Below are positions 49,279 to 52,252 of a stretch of DNA of 52,252 nucleotides, piece by piece. The first letter of the stretch is position 1, and the number at the start of each line of letters is the position of its first letter. The translations under genes and the position numbers were made by a program. The notes beneath the pieces are model-generated. The model was given only the letters and a program-made list of their open reading frames with translations. It was not told where the DNA came from and searched no databases. Source of the DNA: Candidatus Aminicenantes bacterium UBA647 (GTDB lineage Bacteria; Acidobacteriota; Aminicenantia; UBA2199); contig DBOL01000001.1 in NCBI GenBank assembly GCA_002299555.1, positions 39,903 to 92,154 on the forward strand, written 5' to 3'.

Positions 49279-50871
49279 ATGCAAACTCTATATAGTGATG
49301 ATAAAAAACCAGTTGATAAAACCGCCAGGAACAGATCGATAATTCTGCTTATCCTTATGGCCGCCGCATTCATTATAAGGATCCCCGGAATAAAGATCCA
49401 TCCGATCAACTTTCATTCAACCCGACAATATCAAACAGCCCTACTTGCACGCTCATTCTACCTTAATACAGATGAACACAGGGATGATATTGCAAGGATC
49501 CCTTCGGTAATGTTCCAGAATTTCAATGAGAGGATAGATCCCCGGATCAATGAGAAGCTGATCTATCAGATGTACCGGATGGCCGGCAAAGAGGATCTTG
49601 TTATTCCCAGAATGATGTCGATCCTTTACTGGCTTTTAGGTGCGGTCATCCTGTATAAGATTGGCCTCCTTTTGTTCGGTGGCACAGGTGCATTGATATC
49701 AGTAATATTCTATCTGTTCTTCCCGTTCGGAATAAATATCAGTCAAAGTGTCCAGCCGGAATCATTGTTGATCATGTTCTTCCTGTGGGGTGTTCTTCAG
49801 ATCATTAAAGATTCCAGGTCAGATAAAGGGGACTATTTTTACTCGGCAGTTTTTCTGTCCGGCTTTGCGGTGCTGATCAAGGTAACAATAATTTTTCCTC
49901 TTCTGGGATTACTTATATTTCTCGGAGTAAATAAATATGGGCTGAAAAAATATTTGTTCAATTTGAGGACAGCCTGGTTCTATACGATATTTCTCTCACT
50001 CGGAACATCATTCTATATATATAATATTTTCTGGAATAAGACTATGCAGGTATCACTTGCTTCGATCATCTCTCCTGAATTACTTCTAACTCCATTTTTC
50101 TGGGTCGGATGGCTTACTCAAATAGCAAAGGTGACAGGGGTAATCCCGTTCCTGATCGGTATTGCACTCTTCTTCACGATCAGGAAAAAAGAGGTGAAAT
50201 TCATACTCGGAGGTCTTTTCCTCGGTTATATCCTTTATGCCCTGATATTCAGTTATCCAGCAGCAACTAATGACTATTATCAGGTTGCATTGTTTCCTAT
50301 AATTGCTCTTATGCTCGGGCAGGCCGGGTATTTAATTGATAAAGAGGAGAGTAGGAAAAAGTTAAAACTTGGTTTTGTCTTCTCTCTTCTATTTGCCGGA
50401 GTTATGTTTTCCATCTATCATCAGTACACATTTGCTAATTGGGCCCATCAGATGAGAGAGTATTCACCTGCATATTTCCTGGTTGGGGAGCAGGGATCAT
50501 ATTTCTCTAATAATACTTCAGATCCCAACATCTGGGGAAATTCGTTTGAGGCCGGTGAGTTGACCGGACACGGGATTAACAATATACTCCTCTCCAGATC
50601 ATACGGAAATGCTGCCATGTATTATGGAAAGATATTCGGCAGAGCATGGCCGACTCAGGAAGATTTTGATTTCAAAAGATTGCGGGGAAGAACAATACTT
50701 TCATCTGAAGAGTTGTATAATTCAAAATTTGCTCCACAAAAACCGAAATTTTTCATAATTACCGATCTTGTTTCCTGGGAACAGCAGCCCGATCTTCAAA
50801 AATTCCTAAAAGATAATTTTAAACTATTTGGTGAAAGAGAAGGATTTATAATTTATGATCTCAGAAAATAG
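49279..50871 (+). CDS. GT-C fold glycosyltransferase (family 39 / ArnT-PMT-like)
   Basis: Polytopic membrane protein; H..RQ..T...AR, R..S, QPESL, A.LIK, DYY motifs. Confidence 0.82.
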   Translation: MQTLYSDDKKPVDKTARNRSIILLILMAAAFIIRIPGIKIHPINFHSTRQYQTALLARSFYLNTDEHRDDIARIPSVMFQNFNERIDPRINEKLIYQMYRMAGKEDLVIPRMMSILYWLLGAVILYKIGLLLFGGTGALISVIFYLFFPFGINISQSVQPESLLIMFFLWGVLQIIKDSRSDKGDYFYSAVFLSGFAVLIKVTIIFPLLGLLIFLGVNKYGLKKYLFNLRTAWFYTIFLSLGTSFYIYNIFWNKTMQVSLASIISPELLLTPFFWVGWLTQIAKVTGVIPFLIGIALFFTIRKKEVKFILGGLFLGYILYALIFSYPAATNDYYQVALFPIIALMLGQAGYLIDKEESRKKLKLGFVFSLLFAGVMFSIYHQYTFANWAHQMREYSPAYFLVGEQGSYFSNNTSDPNIWGNSFEAGELTGHGINNILLSRSYGNAAMYYGKIFGRAWPTQEDFDFKRLRGRTILSSEELYNSKFAPQKPKFFIITDLVSWEQQPDLQKFLKDNFKLFGEREGFIIYDLRK

Positions 50872-50979
50872 GAGATAGAAGATAGGAGTAAGGAGGCTTT
50901 ACATTAATGAGGGCAAATTTAATTTTAATAGTGGAAGCACTTCTACCTGCTACCTCCCATCTCCTGTCTCTTGATCTCT
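50863..50979. repeat. Inverted imperfect 7-bp tandem arrays around a ~42-bp spacer
   Basis: agaaaat aggagat agaagat aggagta aggaggc ... cttctac ctgctac ctcccat ctcctgt ctcttga. Confidence 0.7.
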
Positions 50980-51070
50980 ATAATCCTTATTGTTAAAAAT
51001 ATTAATTAAATTGCATTCCCAATATCTAAGTGTCAAACTGGACAGGGTTGGTGTTATTAAAGGAGGAATC

Positions 51071-51487
51071 ATGAAAAGATATCTGATCGGAATTATTTGT
51101 TTGGTAATAATATTTTCAATTTCACTTATTGCAGGTGAATCGGATCTTGAAATTCAGAAAAAAATTGCTATTGATTATTTTGTGAAGTTAACCAGCGGTG
51201 ATATCAAAGGAGCCGATGCGCTTATCACTATTCCATTCACTCTTGATCTCAAAAAAGTATTAAAGACGAAAGAAGAGGTATTCGGATTTCATAAAAAAGC
51301 TCTTGAATCAAAAGGGAAAAGGGATGTTCCAGAATATTCCGCCGGTGTAACGGAAGAAGCAACAAAACTGGATTCGAAAGTTTTCCCTCCCTATACTGCA
51401 TTCCGTATAAAGATCAAAGGACACGGCCATCTGGATATTTATGTCACAAATACAAAAGATCCAAAGGTCATGGGATTTGCGGATTAA
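51071..51487 (+). CDS. Small exported hypothetical protein (possibly NTF2-like)
   Basis: SD AGGAGG before ATG 51071; signal peptide; helix A..YF..L..GD followed by beta strands. Confidence 0.7.
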   Translation: MKRYLIGIICLVIIFSISLIAGESDLEIQKKIAIDYFVKLTSGDIKGADALITIPFTLDLKKVLKTKEEVFGFHKKALESKGKRDVPEYSAGVTEEATKLDSKVFPPYTAFRIKIKGHGHLDIYVTNTKDPKVMGFAD

Positions 51488-51493
51488 TATAAT

Positions 51494-51521
51494 TTAGGGG
51501 CGAAGAACCATTCACCCTTAA
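51494..51521. repeat. REP-like hairpin / possible terminator
   Basis: TTAGGGGCGAA-gaacca-TTCACCCTTAA. Confidence 0.45.
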
Positions 51522-51653
51522 TCCATATGCCTGCTCCCTGAATTAGATCGGTATAATTCTATTCCTGTTTCAGATATATTTATATAATTTTATTTTTTTT
51601 TGAGATTTTTCTATGAATAGTTTTATATAGAGTATTCAGAAACCTTAGGAGGA

Positions 51654-52187
51654 ATGATGAAAAAATTTACTAACTTAGTTGTTATATTTTCAATTTTAAC
51701 AATGGTTTTCTCAATGACAACACTTCAGTTTGGAGAAGAGAGGAAACAGGATCTGTCACAGAAACAGCTTATCATGAAGAACAGAGTGCCAGTAATGATG
51801 TTTGATATCCGGGGGAAGTGGAAACTCATGCTGACCTGGACCATGGAACCACCTACCTGGGAGTGGGCATTTACTTTTACAGGTACAAAAACAGCCGGAA
51901 CTTTCAAGGGAATACAAAAGACCCATGGACATGAATGGATAGGGACATATACCGTGTCAGGGAAGAATGTCACATTTAATGAAAATCCGCCAAATGTTAC
52001 TCCCGGAACTACATTTCCGACAAATTCCACGGGAAAATTTATAAACAAGGATAAAATGTCAGGAACTTTTAAGAACGGGCCGGATGGCGGGACATGGATC
52101 GCAACCAGAAAAATTCTGATGAAACCTCCTGTGAAGAAAAGATTTATCCCCATAAAAAAACCGATCATAGAAGAAGAGAAAAAATAG
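51654..52187 (+). CDS. Exported hypothetical small beta-barrel-like protein
   Basis: SD AGGAGG (start 51654 or 51657); signal peptide; DIRGKW...GTY.V.G..V.F...MSGT....GTW.A.R pattern. Confidence 0.72.
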   Translation: MMKKFTNLVVIFSILTMVFSMTTLQFGEERKQDLSQKQLIMKNRVPVMMFDIRGKWKLMLTWTMEPPTWEWAFTFTGTKTAGTFKGIQKTHGHEWIGTYTVSGKNVTFNENPPNVTPGTTFPTNSTGKFINKDKMSGTFKNGPDGGTWIATRKILMKPPVKKRFIPIKKPIIEEEKK

Positions 52188-52198
52188 TAAAGAATCAG

Positions 52199-52228
52199 AG
52201 GCCTGTTGATTATTATTTCAGCAGGCCT
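52199..52228. terminator. Stem-loop after the last CDS
   Basis: AGGCCTGTTGA-ttattatt-TCAGCAGGCCT; no strong U tract. Confidence 0.5.
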
Positions 52229-52252
52229 TGTCACACTCTCTTCAAGCACTGG

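Overview
AT-rich, gene-dense bacterial chromosomal window with about 55 CDS. I found no rRNA, tRNA, CRISPR array, transposase, integrase or prophage. The organism is a diderm (lpxD) and probably an anaerobe (PerR-rubrerythrin). The split atp operon, the ftsH-cdaA-cdaR-glmM-pdxJ block and the DUF1573/YihY context suggest an Acidobacteriota/Aminicenantia-like lineage; this is an unverified inference. Most content is housekeeping: tatA 5' end, meaB, eno, atpZ/I/B/E, lpxD, tldD/pmbA, fabK-like, glgA, coaD, ftsH, cdaA/cdaR, glmM, pdxJ, lpdA, psd. There is a nickel/oxidative-stress neighbourhood (perR-rbr, DUF362-larB, sodN plus an HMA-fused permease) and an accessory right end. The best leads come from reading the DNA outside the ORF track: (1) an unannotated 41-aa secreted-peptide-like gene with a strong RBS inside a YtrA/GntR-ABC-ankyrin/MBL locus whose ATPase has lost its catalytic Glu and His; (2) tandem NrdR-like boxes 31 bp apart with no ribonucleotide reductase gene nearby; (3) repeated sigma70 promoters ending 5-8 nt before SD-less ATGs, suggesting frequent leaderless mRNAs; (4) a DUF1287 gene with an internal deletion at a microhomology; (5) inverted 7-mer and 8-mer tandem arrays and REP-like hairpins. 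All family calls come from recognising motifs by eye, not from database searches.
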